A DNA stretch of 64,000 nucleotides from a virus. Lineage: Duplodnaviria; Caudoviricetes. The notes below the pieces were generated by a model. The model saw nothing but the letters and a program-made list of their open reading frames with translations, was not told where the DNA came from and did no database searches. Position 1 is the stretch's first letter. Every line of letters begins with the position of its first letter. Location of the stretch: IMG/VR virus record IMGVR_UViG_3300049595_005065. The stretch is one strand, 5' to 3'. Shown here one piece after another: positions 28,101 through 37,251 of the stretch. Made by a program: the position numbers and the translations under genes.

Positions 28101-28521
28101 CGCAGCCGATGACGCGCTCAAGCAGCGGGAGGCCCAGGCCCGCGCCGACAAGGTACTCGAAGAGAACAACGCGATTAAAGCGCGCGCCGCGGGCGAAGAC
28201 CCCAGCGCTGCCGCCGCGCGACCGGGCGCGACGGACACCGCGCAGCAACTGAACTCGGCGACCTTCCAGGCCACCGAGGTCGACCTGGTCGCGCAGGCGG
28301 TGACCCTGACGGACGCAGCGCAGGCAGCAAGAACAGCTTCCACGGAAGGCCGCTCGGTCACGCCGCTCTCGCCAGTTGGTGCCGACGGCAGCGCGCTGAC
28401 GGTGAACGGTACGCTTTCGCTGGATGGCATGCACCGCGCGGTGCTGGAAGTCGTCGGGCAGAAACCCGTCAACACGCCAGACGGCGCGCCGATCATGTTG
28501 CCCGAAACCTACGTCGCTTGA
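25111..28521 (+). CDS. tail tape measure protein
   Basis: 1136 aa, helical Ala/Met/Gln-rich, located after the tube and chaperone genes. Confidence 0.75.
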   Translation: MDPLNPFSGGMFRTPHYGPGQSAALLQDPMSMMLMMFGMPMVQQHLVGRDKFLPHLTPNQSIMDQFMASQYQRASMSALLTTSESGQQSVSNRIAGIMSMMTGEPVTQLNREQADNIAGVVNNPIMKMMLGQMIGPDNLEAVMFGRRGDPGALASAVGRVGYFRQDPMGRERMSAKSLEEFTKSIYANMYGEGANVDEMRGFMAGQTGQMFENLFQRGMLPQSIGALTPAERVRAISQEGRRDDATMNRLAEEMARNELMQSQDLFDGRRFDEVTDEEQKRIIQDRLPQYRGRLDDTMQKIDDFRNADPRAASPEDIEKSAGFDSLARNVDGVKVANRVKEFAGAVSAVREIFGDNGNPNAPMPALLAALDQLTQGSMAQMSTSKVENTLRQMRLAAKDAGIGMEQLMGMSGEMSAYGDTLGIARPVSLQNTVNAALMTQAMRQAGSFDKPVFGRMDQATASREAGMRIQQGDASGVGKTLASMARAVAENPEQYKGTEVEALVNAYNSGQETYNFQGKQVNLAQLAGTGGAPALAELFTRPENKGNMATLEMFSYDQSTQYYMKPGYAVLAQRYQLQRDMANSNLGGSIMDVVDGDSFARMAAGFGIGADQAEEEQFKFSKMFAAGLADVVLGETGSMNPDERLNYLMKDNRVGRMLEQQFEARGYSKEESKKRAAAALPLVIGTTPEEQRDRLGRFLSAADVDAQAITGRSLAANAQMQSPAAQANYVRNQQRSAARAERYKAMAMGNESSLLQRVFEEAEKVSQGETFSLERVANVLTVAGMEKAFAADIASGLEVAYAERDKLFVQKEDIDGLKARAAEGDADAIKQLKFITGTKDDTSVVTSDEVAKRLGSKSKEEIETLYKRLVDAGETDTDKQIAALSNAAGIEGVEGVLDPNKNEITQSQLFNLADGAARTVFKGKTVEEQRANKDRARQIDQYADSLYNATDYKGNVSDIASDPEKAKKLADAQKAAKDAAQKQGIVMADEGFNRRVDAADDALKQREAQARADKVLEENNAIKARAAGEDPSAAAARPGATDTAQQLNSATFQATEVDLVAQAVTLTDAAQAARTASTEGRSVTPLSPVGADGSALTVNGTLSLDGMHRAVLEVVGQKPVNTPDGAPIMLPETYVA

Positions 28522-28538
28522 CGCCACAGGAGAAGTAC

Positions 28539-29054
28539 ATGTCCACCAGCGTATTTTCTCCCCGCGGCGGCGCGGTCGTCAAAGTTGTGACAGACGCGCG
28601 CACGTCAGGCGTGTTTTCGATCAAGATCGCGAACGCGCCGATTACCTTGCCAGTGACGGGGTTTGCCCTCGACATGGCCACGAACCAGCAGTTTCTTCAC
28701 ACGCTGAATGACTTCATTTACGTTCACGTGTTTGGCGACCGGATCGGCGAGTTGACTGTCTCGGGCCTGTGCTTCATGGGCGAGACGTGCGGAAGCCCGG
28801 AGCTCTCCGTGCGCCGCGCCGTGCAGCTATACAACCGGTACCGGCTTTCCAGAGAGAAAAAAGGCTATCAGGTTGCGCTTTCCGACGCCGGAACGTTCTG
28901 GGGTTTTCTGACCGGCGCCCGCATCGACTCTGTCCGGCCCGACCTGATGATGGCCCAGTGGTCGCTTCGACTCAATGTCATCCAGCAAAGCGGCGGCTCA
29001 CCTGCGGCGTTCGGCAACGAATTCCGCGGCGGCGGCATAGATAGGAATCCGTAA
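28539..29054 (+). CDS. probable tail tube initiator/baseplate protein
   Basis: After the tape measure; VFGDRIGELTVSG motif typical of tube-fold baseplate proteins; AGGAG SD. Confidence 0.45.
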   Translation: MSTSVFSPRGGAVVKVVTDARTSGVFSIKIANAPITLPVTGFALDMATNQQFLHTLNDFIYVHVFGDRIGELTVSGLCFMGETCGSPELSVRRAVQLYNRYRLSREKKGYQVALSDAGTFWGFLTGARIDSVRPDLMMAQWSLRLNVIQQSGGSPAAFGNEFRGGGIDRNP

Positions 29055-29055
29055 A

Positions 29056-29862
29056 GTGATTAATCATGCACGCACGCTCTTGTTAAACGTGGCTGGCGCC
29101 ACAAGCAGCCGCGAAGACACCGGCGAGGAGTACATCCCCGCGACGTACGCGCCGGTGCGGGAGACGTCCTACACCCTTGCCGTTCGGCGGACGCTGCTTG
29201 GGGCGGCGCCCGACCGTTTCTTTTTGAACTTCCGCGCCCGGGAGCTGATGCACCAGCTGCACGCCACCGAGCTGGCCGAGTATGTCTACGCCCTGGATCC
29301 CCGGGTAACCTACTGGCCGGAAACCTCGGCGCCGTTCTTCGCGACGGGTTCAAAGATATCTATTCAGCCGGTCGCCGTTCCGGAGACCAGCAAGCTGCTC
29401 GTCACGGGCCGCCCGACTGCCGACAACGGCCTCGGACGCTCGCTGCGCGAATACGAAGTCACGGCGGACGCCGACACGGTGACCGTCGCGACCGTGCCGC
29501 GCCGAGGCGAGATGCGGGGCGAAGAAACTGCGAGCTTTGATCCGCTGAGCGGCGCCTCGGTCGCCGTCAGGGTGCCGCGCAGCCCGCTCTCGGTTAGAGT
29601 GGTCCGGCCGGAAAGCGGATCGCGGTGGCGGTTCACCACGCTGGCGCAGCCGGAACCCGCCGTGACGACTTTGATCCCGATTCTGGAGATGCTGGGCGAG
29701 CCGGTGTTTCTCGAGCTGTTCGGCCTGGGCAACTCCACGGAGCCGTACCGCACGTTCAAGAACCTGTGGTTCGACCACCCCGATCCCGTGTACCGCCTGG
29801 GCGGCCTGACGCTGGCACTGATCTATCGCACCCACGACATCCGGAGCGGCGTCAATGTCTAA
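29056..29862 (+). CDS. baseplate-region hypothetical protein
   Basis: 268-aa ORF tightly packed in the tail operon. Confidence 0.65.
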   Translation: MINHARTLLLNVAGATSSREDTGEEYIPATYAPVRETSYTLAVRRTLLGAAPDRFFLNFRARELMHQLHATELAEYVYALDPRVTYWPETSAPFFATGSKISIQPVAVPETSKLLVTGRPTADNGLGRSLREYEVTADADTVTVATVPRRGEMRGEETASFDPLSGASVAVRVPRSPLSVRVVRPESGSRWRFTTLAQPEPAVTTLIPILEMLGEPVFLELFGLGNSTEPYRTFKNLWFDHPDPVYRLGGLTLALIYRTHDIRSGVNV

Positions 29863-31522
29863 TGCGGCCCACTACGTCACAACGAGTTTTGGGATTACGG
29901 CCGAGTTCACCACCGACAGCGGCACGGTGGTGTTCAAGGACATCATCTCGATCTCGGCGTCGTTCGGGCTCAACACGGTGCCGATGGCCTCGCTCGTGGT
30001 CGCAACCGGCCGCGAAGCCAAGGAAAGCGGGAACCTGGCCACGATCCACACGGCCCGGCAGAAGCTGCGGCCCGGCGACGAGGTCAAGGTCACGTTGACG
30101 GTCACCGCGCACGACGGCCAGATCAACAAGATCGAGCCCGGAACCTACGTGATCTTCGTTGGCAAGTACGCCGGACAGGGCTACCAGCGCAGCTACAACC
30201 ACGCGAACTACGTCCTGCACCTGATGCACTGGCTGGACGACCTTAACCAGGGCTCAATGCTCAACGGCAACTGGTTTCCGGGCGCGCCGTACGACATGGG
30301 TCAAAACGGGCTGTACGTGGCGCTAGGCCCGACCCAGGAAGGGCAGGCGGGCGGCGACCGCGGCCATCCGGTTCCCAAGATCGACGCCGAGGGTCGGTTC
30401 ATCAACCTCACCACGATCCAGCGCGACCTGTGGGGCGCGGCGATCAAGCCGATTTTCAACAAAATCGCCAAGTGGCCCGTACCTCGTTATCAAGACGGCA
30501 ACCGCAACCAGAACGAAAAAGACAACAAGTTTGTGCTTGACGCCCTGCAACGGATGCCGGGCCGCGGCGCGCCGTATTACACGCCGCTCCAGCTTGACAT
30601 GAGCGGGCTCAAGTCGTTGAACGTGGCAAACGCCGTGAGGTCGGCGCTGACTAAGGACGCGCTCGACTCGTTTGCGTACACCACGTTCTGGAACAAGCTC
30701 GTCGGTGAATATGCGCCGCAGTTCTACTTTGCCATTTCTCCGGCAGCAGAGTTTGCGCTGCCGGTTCCGTTTTTTGCAGGCCTGAGCACGCCTTACAAGA
30801 CCATCACGGCCGACGAGTACAACTATTCGAACTTCAACGCCAGCCAGGTGAGCGTGTTAGAGTCCGTGGACATTTTCTACAACGCCCAATCGGATTCGGG
30901 CCTGCAGCAGGGCACCACGCTGCCGGGCGTACCCAAGCCATCCTACAAACTTGTGCCCGGCTTTTACCCGCCGCGCAATCAACAAAAAAACAAGCGCCGC
31001 GGATTGAAACTCATTAAAGAGCCGCCCAGTTGGATGACCAACATCTTTCCGGGTCCGGCTTACTCCACCCGCAGCACAGGCATCGGCGCCGACGGGAAAG
31101 ACACGTGCTCGCCCAAAGAAGGCGACCAGCAAATGCCGTCCGGTTTTGTCGGCGCAGACGAGGCCAACCTGGAAATCAAGACCAGCGACGCGTTAACGCG
31201 CTTTGCCGAGCACTGGTACAAGACCGAGGTCCTGTATCAGCGGCACGGCGAGATGTCGGGCAAGCTGCGGTTTGACATCGCGCCGGGCAGCATCGTTGGC
31301 ATTGAGACCGCGGACTACGACCTCGGCATGCGCGATACGCTCGTCGCCACGGTGACGCAGGTCTCGTACGTGATCAACGCCGAGCAGGCCACTGCGGGAA
31401 CCAGTTTCACGCTGGCGCACATTCGCTCCAGCGCGGAAAACCAGGAAGAGACACTCGTAAGCACACGCCCGCCGCTGTACCTCAGCCCGTGGAAGGGCGC
31501 GCCCCTTGCCATCAAGACTTAA
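29855..31522 (+). CDS. baseplate hub protein (gp27/gpD-like)
   Basis: C-terminal GKLRFDIAPGSIVGI...VATVTQVSYVI...TSFTL matches the hub-protein end pattern. Confidence 0.55.
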   Translation: MSNAAHYVTTSFGITAEFTTDSGTVVFKDIISISASFGLNTVPMASLVVATGREAKESGNLATIHTARQKLRPGDEVKVTLTVTAHDGQINKIEPGTYVIFVGKYAGQGYQRSYNHANYVLHLMHWLDDLNQGSMLNGNWFPGAPYDMGQNGLYVALGPTQEGQAGGDRGHPVPKIDAEGRFINLTTIQRDLWGAAIKPIFNKIAKWPVPRYQDGNRNQNEKDNKFVLDALQRMPGRGAPYYTPLQLDMSGLKSLNVANAVRSALTKDALDSFAYTTFWNKLVGEYAPQFYFAISPAAEFALPVPFFAGLSTPYKTITADEYNYSNFNASQVSVLESVDIFYNAQSDSGLQQGTTLPGVPKPSYKLVPGFYPPRNQQKNKRRGLKLIKEPPSWMTNIFPGPAYSTRSTGIGADGKDTCSPKEGDQQMPSGFVGADEANLEIKTSDALTRFAEHWYKTEVLYQRHGEMSGKLRFDIAPGSIVGIETADYDLGMRDTLVATVTQVSYVINAEQATAGTSFTLAHIRSSAENQEETLVSTRPPLYLSPWKGAPLAIKT

Positions 31523-31526
31523 AGCC

Positions 31527-32339
31527 ATGCCCAACGAAAAAGCACCCGGAATGCCCTCGATCCTGGACGACATTGCGCCGCCTTTCTCGGCCCCCCGCAA
31601 ACCGCAGGGCGTCGGTGAGGACTTCGACGCCACGTTCACCCAGTGGCAGAAGCAGCGCACGCCGGAGAACAACACGCGACTGCTCCAGAGCGTGCAGCCG
31701 GTGATCGACACGGCGCTGACCAGCTACGCCGGGGGCAACACGAGCCCCACGATGCGCAGCCGGGCGCGGCTCATGGCGCTCAGGGCCATGGAGAGCTTCG
31801 ACCCGCAGAAGGGGAACGTCCGCACGCACCTCCTGAGCCAGCTGCAGAGCCTGCGCCGCGCGTCGGCCCAGGCGCAGAACATCATCTCGATTCCCGAGCA
31901 GGTCGGCCTGGACTACCAGCGGCTCACCGAGAGCGAGAACGAGCTGCGTGACCAGCTGGGCCGCGACCCGACCGACGACGAGCTGGCCGACCACACGATG
32001 CTCTCCCCGCGGCGCATCCGGAAGATCCGCTCGTTCTCCCAGCCGGTGGCCGAGGGCTCGACCATCATCGAGACCGGCGATGAGCTGAACGACGGCGGCG
32101 TGGCCAGCACGATCCCCGGCAGCACCCGCGCCGCCGACGCCTGGCTCGATTTCGTGTACGACGATCTGGGCGCGACTGACAAGCTCATCATGGACATGAC
32201 CCTGGGCCGGAACGGGCGGCGGCGAACCAGCACGCAAGAGATCGCCAGGCGTCTTAATATCACGCCCGGCGCCGTGAGTCAGCGCGCCGCCAAGATTCAG
32301 GCCATGCTCGACAAGCGATACACCCAGGGAGGCTTCTGA
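31527..32339 (+). CDS. phage sigma70-family RNA polymerase sigma factor (FliA/SigF-like group 3 layout)
   Basis: Region 2 RAMESFDPQKG, region 3 LRDQLGRDPTDDELA, region 4 HTH STQEIARRLNITPGAVSQ. Confidence 0.85.
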   Translation: MPNEKAPGMPSILDDIAPPFSAPRKPQGVGEDFDATFTQWQKQRTPENNTRLLQSVQPVIDTALTSYAGGNTSPTMRSRARLMALRAMESFDPQKGNVRTHLLSQLQSLRRASAQAQNIISIPEQVGLDYQRLTESENELRDQLGRDPTDDELADHTMLSPRRIRKIRSFSQPVAEGSTIIETGDELNDGGVASTIPGSTRAADAWLDFVYDDLGATDKLIMDMTLGRNGRRRTSTQEIARRLNITPGAVSQRAAKIQAMLDKRYTQGGF

Positions 32340-32830
32340 TGGCCCACGGAACACCCAAAGGCGTCGTTGACGACAAGTTCAAGGACCGGATCAAGGACCT
32401 GGAGGATTACGCCCGGAGCTGCGCCGAGCAGATCAAGACTTGGAGCGAGCCGCGAAAGTGGGCCACTCCGGAGAAGATGAAGGACCGCGATCTGCTGGAC
32501 GTCCCGAGCCTGCACGATCCTTGCTGGGACCGCAACAACATCAACCGGATCTACTCCGAGCAGATCCTCAACGACTACGGCGACAAAGGCGGCACGGTCG
32601 GCGACCTGATCGCCATGAAGTGGCAAGCCGATTTCATGGCCGTCGAGGAGCGCGCCTTCCGGCTCCGGCACGCCTCGATGGCGCGCTGCATGGCGGTGGC
32701 CCACGGGCGGCTGGACGGGCACGGCATCACCGAGCACGGGATCTTCTCGTACCTTCGGCGCACGGTACAGGCCTACATCGACACCGGGCGCGCCAACACA
32801 GCACCCGACCCCAAAGACGATTACGCGTGA
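32339..32830 (+). CDS. hypothetical protein
   Basis: 163 aa, TGATG-coupled to the sigma gene. Confidence 0.7.
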   Translation: MAHGTPKGVVDDKFKDRIKDLEDYARSCAEQIKTWSEPRKWATPEKMKDRDLLDVPSLHDPCWDRNNINRIYSEQILNDYGDKGGTVGDLIAMKWQADFMAVEERAFRLRHASMARCMAVAHGRLDGHGITEHGIFSYLRRTVQAYIDTGRANTAPDPKDDYA

Positions 32831-32838
32831 GGTAAACC

Positions 32839-33306
32839 ATGAGCGTCGCAGACTACGCAAACCGCAAGTACGACTACCTGGCTTTCCGCGGCGTCAAGCC
32901 GCTGGGCGACCAGCAGCTGCGGCTGGAGCTGTACGACCAGACTACCAGCGGTCAGATCGCCACGGGCATCCAGAAGCTCGCTCAGCGCTGGGCCCTGGAG
33001 TTTCTCACGGAGCTGGGCTCGATGCCGGGACTGCCCGCGCGTGGTTCGGATTTCATGACCGAGGTCCGGCTGGGCTACCTGCGCACGCAACTGGACGCAA
33101 TCATCGCTTTCAACACGGCTAACTTGTACATCACCCGCACGCTTCGCAACGAAGAGTACGAGGGAATGCCCGACGACGAGCGCTTCGAGTCGGCCACGCT
33201 GGAGGCCGTGGAATTCCTGCCCGGCTACATGAACCTAACTGTTAAGATCAACAGCGTCGCAGGCGACTCGCGCGCCGCGATTCTCCCCATTGAGACACTG
33301 GTGTAG
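32839..33306 (+). CDS. baseplate wedge protein, gp25/gpW-like
   Basis: TGIQKLAQRWALEFLTELGS pattern, 155 aa, directly before the baseplate J-like gene. Confidence 0.65.
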   Translation: MSVADYANRKYDYLAFRGVKPLGDQQLRLELYDQTTSGQIATGIQKLAQRWALEFLTELGSMPGLPARGSDFMTEVRLGYLRTQLDAIIAFNTANLYITRTLRNEEYEGMPDDERFESATLEAVEFLPGYMNLTVKINSVAGDSRAAILPIETLV

Positions 33307-33314
33307 GTGCTGTT

Positions 33315-34958
33315 ATGGCTCTGGAAATTGGCAGCCTGTCGGAACTCGATAGCGGCAAGATCGACGCGATGTTCGCGACGTTTACGCAACTTATGCAGGA
33401 GCGCCACCCCGAGGTCGAGCTGACCCGCGGCGTCTTTCATGACCTGGTCGTCTATTTCAACGCGGCCCTGAACGCCTCGGTTCGGGAAAACATCGACCGG
33501 GTGCTCGCCAGCAACAGCCTGCTCTCCATCTCGACCAACCCCGAGCTGGCCAACGACACCCTGGTCGACAAAGTCCTCGCGAACTACAACCTGACCCGCG
33601 ACACGGGCAAGCAGGCCGTGGGCGAAGCGACGCTGGTGTTCAATTCGGACACCCAGACCACCATCCTGGAAAGCATCGTCTTCTCGGCCGACGGCATCCA
33701 GTTTCAGCCGACGCAGACGTTCACGGCGCTGCCCACCGGCTCGATTCCCGCCGACGACAGCCAGCGGGTCATGATCGCCGCGGGCGACGGCTCGTACGTC
33801 GTGAACATCCTGCTGCGCGCCGTTGCGGTCGGTGTTGCCGGTAACATCCGCCGGGGCACCAAGCTCGTTCCCGACAACATCATCAACAACACGGCCCAGG
33901 CGTTTGCCGCCGTGGATTTCATCAGCGGCGCCGAGCCGCTCACCAACGCCGAGTACCTCAGCAAGCTCTCGGCGGGGCTGGCTTCCAAGGCGATTGGCGG
34001 GCGGCAGAACTACATCGCTCAGATCCGCAACCAGGCGGCCTTCACGAATATCCCCCATTTGTCGATCCTGGGCTGCGGCGACGTCGAGCAGCAGCGGGAC
34101 CAGCACAGCCTGTTCCCCATCTCCGGCGGCGGCAAGATTGATATCTATGCCCAGACAAACCACGACGCCCAGGAGCAGGAGCACACGCTGGAGGCCGTCT
34201 ACGTCGGCCCGGGTCAGTCCGGGACGAGCTGGCAGGTCGTGCTGGACCGCAACACGGCGCCGGGCTTCTACGAGGTTGTCCGCATCGCCAAGCCGCTTGC
34301 TCCCAACGAGACCGGCTACGCGATCACACAGGACATCCGAAACTTCGACCTCTCGGACCTCGATTTCATCCCGGACGTCGTCAGCGTGCCCGAGGCGGCC
34401 TACACCCGCTACCAGACGGCCGTGATCCGCTTCGAGGACACCGACACCCAGCCGGGCACCCTGGTCCCCCAGACGAGCCGGGCAATCTACTCGGTCACGA
34501 CGACCGGCCTGCCGCTGATCGACGAGCTGCAGGATTACATGTCCGACCGGGACGTCCGCAGCCGCGCCGCCGACGTGCTCGTGAAGGCCGCCGTCCCCTG
34601 TTTCACAAAGATATCTTTCGAGATCCGCAAGGGCGCCAACGACCCGGCGATCGACACGGCGCCGGTCAAGACCGCACTGGTGGCCGCCATTCGGGAGATT
34701 GGCTTCACCGGGCAGCTCCACGCCTCGACAATCTCCGGCGTCGTCCACCAGTTTCTCTCGGGCCGCGCGGCGCTGGGGGCGATTGACATGTTCGGCCGCA
34801 TCCGCCGTCCGGACGGTTCGATCCAGTACGTTCGCGACAACACGCTCCTTCAGATCCCCAACGACCCGACGCGCCTGGTCACCGGGCGCACCACGGCGTT
34901 CCTGATCGGCGAAGAGGACATCGAGATCTCCTTTGTCGCCGCGGGCTTCACGAACTAG
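33315..34958 (+). CDS. baseplate J-like wedge protein (gp6/gpJ)
   Basis: AVGEATLVF...GIQFQPT...VAVGVAGNI..GT...FISGAEPLTNAEYL pattern of Baseplate_J. Confidence 0.75.
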   Translation: MALEIGSLSELDSGKIDAMFATFTQLMQERHPEVELTRGVFHDLVVYFNAALNASVRENIDRVLASNSLLSISTNPELANDTLVDKVLANYNLTRDTGKQAVGEATLVFNSDTQTTILESIVFSADGIQFQPTQTFTALPTGSIPADDSQRVMIAAGDGSYVVNILLRAVAVGVAGNIRRGTKLVPDNIINNTAQAFAAVDFISGAEPLTNAEYLSKLSAGLASKAIGGRQNYIAQIRNQAAFTNIPHLSILGCGDVEQQRDQHSLFPISGGGKIDIYAQTNHDAQEQEHTLEAVYVGPGQSGTSWQVVLDRNTAPGFYEVVRIAKPLAPNETGYAITQDIRNFDLSDLDFIPDVVSVPEAAYTRYQTAVIRFEDTDTQPGTLVPQTSRAIYSVTTTGLPLIDELQDYMSDRDVRSRAADVLVKAAVPCFTKISFEIRKGANDPAIDTAPVKTALVAAIREIGFTGQLHASTISGVVHQFLSGRAALGAIDMFGRIRRPDGSIQYVRDNTLLQIPNDPTRLVTGRTTAFLIGEEDIEISFVAAGFTN

Positions 34959-34968
34959 CAGGTAAGCG

Positions 34969-36549
34969 ATGGCCTCCTTCCTCTATCCTGGATCGGATCT
35001 CGACCGCGGTCGCGTGCTGCTGTCCGTCCTGGGCAGCTTCTGGGCGCGGACCTACACCGCCGTCGACCAGGTGCGCTCCTACACCGCGGCCACGGCGCAG
35101 TCGGTGGCGCAGTCTCAGCGCAACTTGCTCGAGACGGCGGCCGCGCTAAGCCGCTTCGAGGTGCCGCTCTACCACACCGAGAACTGGGTGCCGATCCCGC
35201 TGCGCAAGAGCGAGATGAACACGGGCCTGGTGGGCGTGGCCCGGTTCGACGACGGGCTGGTCACCTTCAATGATTACCGGAACTCGTTCGACCGCCCCAC
35301 GGCCCGGAACACCTACGCGTTCCCGCGCCCGGAGAAGATGGCGGGCGCTGCGCAGATTTTCAACAAGCTGCTGTTTCCCACGGTGGGCCTGGCTGAGGGC
35401 GTCGATTACCTGTTCGACCAGCAGCGCGATGCCATCATCTTCGCCGCCGACCCGTTTGAGCGGCCGGACTTTCACAGACGCATCATCTACGAGAACGCGC
35501 AGCCCGTGGACGAGGAAATCACCGTCTGGGCGTTCCAGGGCCGCTTTGACTACGAGTACGTCTTCACGCAGTTTGCCTACGCCCTGGGCATGCGCCTAAA
35601 AACCAGCCAGGGCTTCAAGGACTTGATGAACGCCGTGATCGACGGCCTGGTGAACGGCGGCGCCACGGCGCTCGACCTGGACCTGGCGCTGTCGGCGATC
35701 ACCGGCGTTCCAGTGGTCGTGGAGCCCGAGGAGACCGTGGAGGTCGTGCAGCTCGACGCCCGCGGACTGTTCATCGCCACGGACAAGAACGTCTACCGCT
35801 TCCCCGAGGCCGCCACCCCGGTCGTGGCCGTAGGCGACCGTGTCCGAGCGGGCCAGTCGCTTGTCGACGCGCTGCAGATCGTGTCCCTGGGCGGCCGAGT
35901 TCCCGAGGAGGTTGCCGCACTGGCGCTGGACGAGGGCTACCTGTCGGCCTGCTTCTACGGCGACCTGGTGTTCGAGAACAAGGCACTGCCGCTCATCGTC
36001 GATACGAACCACCCGAGCGGGTACACCTACGTGTCATTTCCGGTGGGCGGGTTCCCGGCCGACGTCAAGCAGTTTTTCGACGAGATCCACGAGCGCGGTA
36101 TCTGCGCCGCCGAGTGCGACCTGGGCGACTGCAATCCGGCGCTGCGGGCCAAGATGGGGACGCTGGCGCAGGTGCTGGATCGACGGGCGCAGCCCAGCGG
36201 TGAACCCAACGCCAGCCATTTGCCCGCAACGATCAACCCGTTGCAGTTTATTGCGGCGAATATCTTGCGAAACAACGTCTTTTTGGTGCGTATCAAGTCG
36301 CCCTCGTTGGGACAAAATAGGCTCGGTTTATACAATATCAGACACCTGCGTCAGCTCCTGCCGCCCCAGTCCGCCATGATCGTGCTTTACGAAATTGGCG
36401 GCATTCGGGACGCGGTCAGCGGCGCGGACAATGTAACGACCAGCGCGAGCACGTTTACGGGAGCCGAACCGCTCGCCGACGCGGTGACCGAAAACATGTT
36501 GCGGGACGCCGGAGCGACCGCGCGGACGCTATCTGGGACGTGCCAATAA
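34969..36549 (+). CDS. baseplate wedge protein (gp7/gpI-like)
   Basis: Follows baseplate J; LGSFW start and LSAITGVP...VGDRVRAGQSL segments typical of this position. Confidence 0.5.
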   Translation: MASFLYPGSDLDRGRVLLSVLGSFWARTYTAVDQVRSYTAATAQSVAQSQRNLLETAAALSRFEVPLYHTENWVPIPLRKSEMNTGLVGVARFDDGLVTFNDYRNSFDRPTARNTYAFPRPEKMAGAAQIFNKLLFPTVGLAEGVDYLFDQQRDAIIFAADPFERPDFHRRIIYENAQPVDEEITVWAFQGRFDYEYVFTQFAYALGMRLKTSQGFKDLMNAVIDGLVNGGATALDLDLALSAITGVPVVVEPEETVEVVQLDARGLFIATDKNVYRFPEAATPVVAVGDRVRAGQSLVDALQIVSLGGRVPEEVAALALDEGYLSACFYGDLVFENKALPLIVDTNHPSGYTYVSFPVGGFPADVKQFFDEIHERGICAAECDLGDCNPALRAKMGTLAQVLDRRAQPSGEPNASHLPATINPLQFIAANILRNNVFLVRIKSPSLGQNRLGLYNIRHLRQLLPPQSAMIVLYEIGGIRDAVSGADNVTTSASTFTGAEPLADAVTENMLRDAGATARTLSGTCQ

Positions 36550-36558
36550 GGGAGTATC

Positions 36559-37203
36559 ATGGCCACGGACAAGATTGGAGCAAACGGTTCGGGTGTCCGG
36601 GGGCACGTCACGCTCTGGAGCGTCGACGAAGCCAGCGGCCTGCTCACGCCCCTGCACAGCCAGAAGAACCAGATCGTCCTCTCCTGGGGGCACATCGCGG
36701 CCCGGCAGCTCGGCTTTCGCCCCGGCGCCGGACGCCCCAGCTACCACATCTCGGCGATGTACATCGAGTACGAGAACGTGGGCGACCCGGAGGACCCGGC
36801 GACCGTGGCTTCACTGGGTCGGGACCTCGACCCGGATTACTACTACGGCGAGTTGCTCAGCAGCTCGACCCAGGGCTTCATCCGAGTGCCGCTGCGGACC
36901 GAGCCGGTTCTGGGCGTCTCCACGGTGACCGAGGGCGACTACCCCGGCTACTTCACCGAAGGGACCAACGGCAACCAGCTCACATTCTTCGCCCAGACGT
37001 CGAACGCCGAGGTACAGAACGCTGTGCCGTTTGGCGCCGCCTACAACAGCAAGGTGTACGCCGCAGCGCTGGTGGCCACGCCCGAGTTCTCCGACCACAC
37101 CCAGGACATCGTCTTTGCGCGCACGACCTTCTCGGCCCCCAACCAGGTCACCAAGGAAGCGTCCTCGCAGATCGGCATCACCTGGGACATCGCCTTTGAA
37201 TAG
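36559..37203 (+). CDS. tail collar/fibre-attachment-like protein
   Basis: C-terminal VFARTTF...KEASSQIGITWDIAF pattern. Confidence 0.5.
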   Translation: MATDKIGANGSGVRGHVTLWSVDEASGLLTPLHSQKNQIVLSWGHIAARQLGFRPGAGRPSYHISAMYIEYENVGDPEDPATVASLGRDLDPDYYYGELLSSSTQGFIRVPLRTEPVLGVSTVTEGDYPGYFTEGTNGNQLTFFAQTSNAEVQNAVPFGAAYNSKVYAAALVATPEFSDHTQDIVFARTTFSAPNQVTKEASSQIGITWDIAFE

Positions 37204-37210
37204 TCGTTAA

Positions 37211-37251
37211 TTCACACGGATGTGTGAAAGCCTGGGAGGACACGGATGTCC
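37211..37251 (+). promoter_or_regulatory. tandem CsrA-type hairpins at the 37246 gene (TTCACAC-GGAT-GTGTGAA and GGAC-ACGGAT-GTCC)
   Basis: Both contain ACACGGATGT, an exact consensus match; the second hairpin includes the ATG and part of the SD. Confidence 0.7.
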
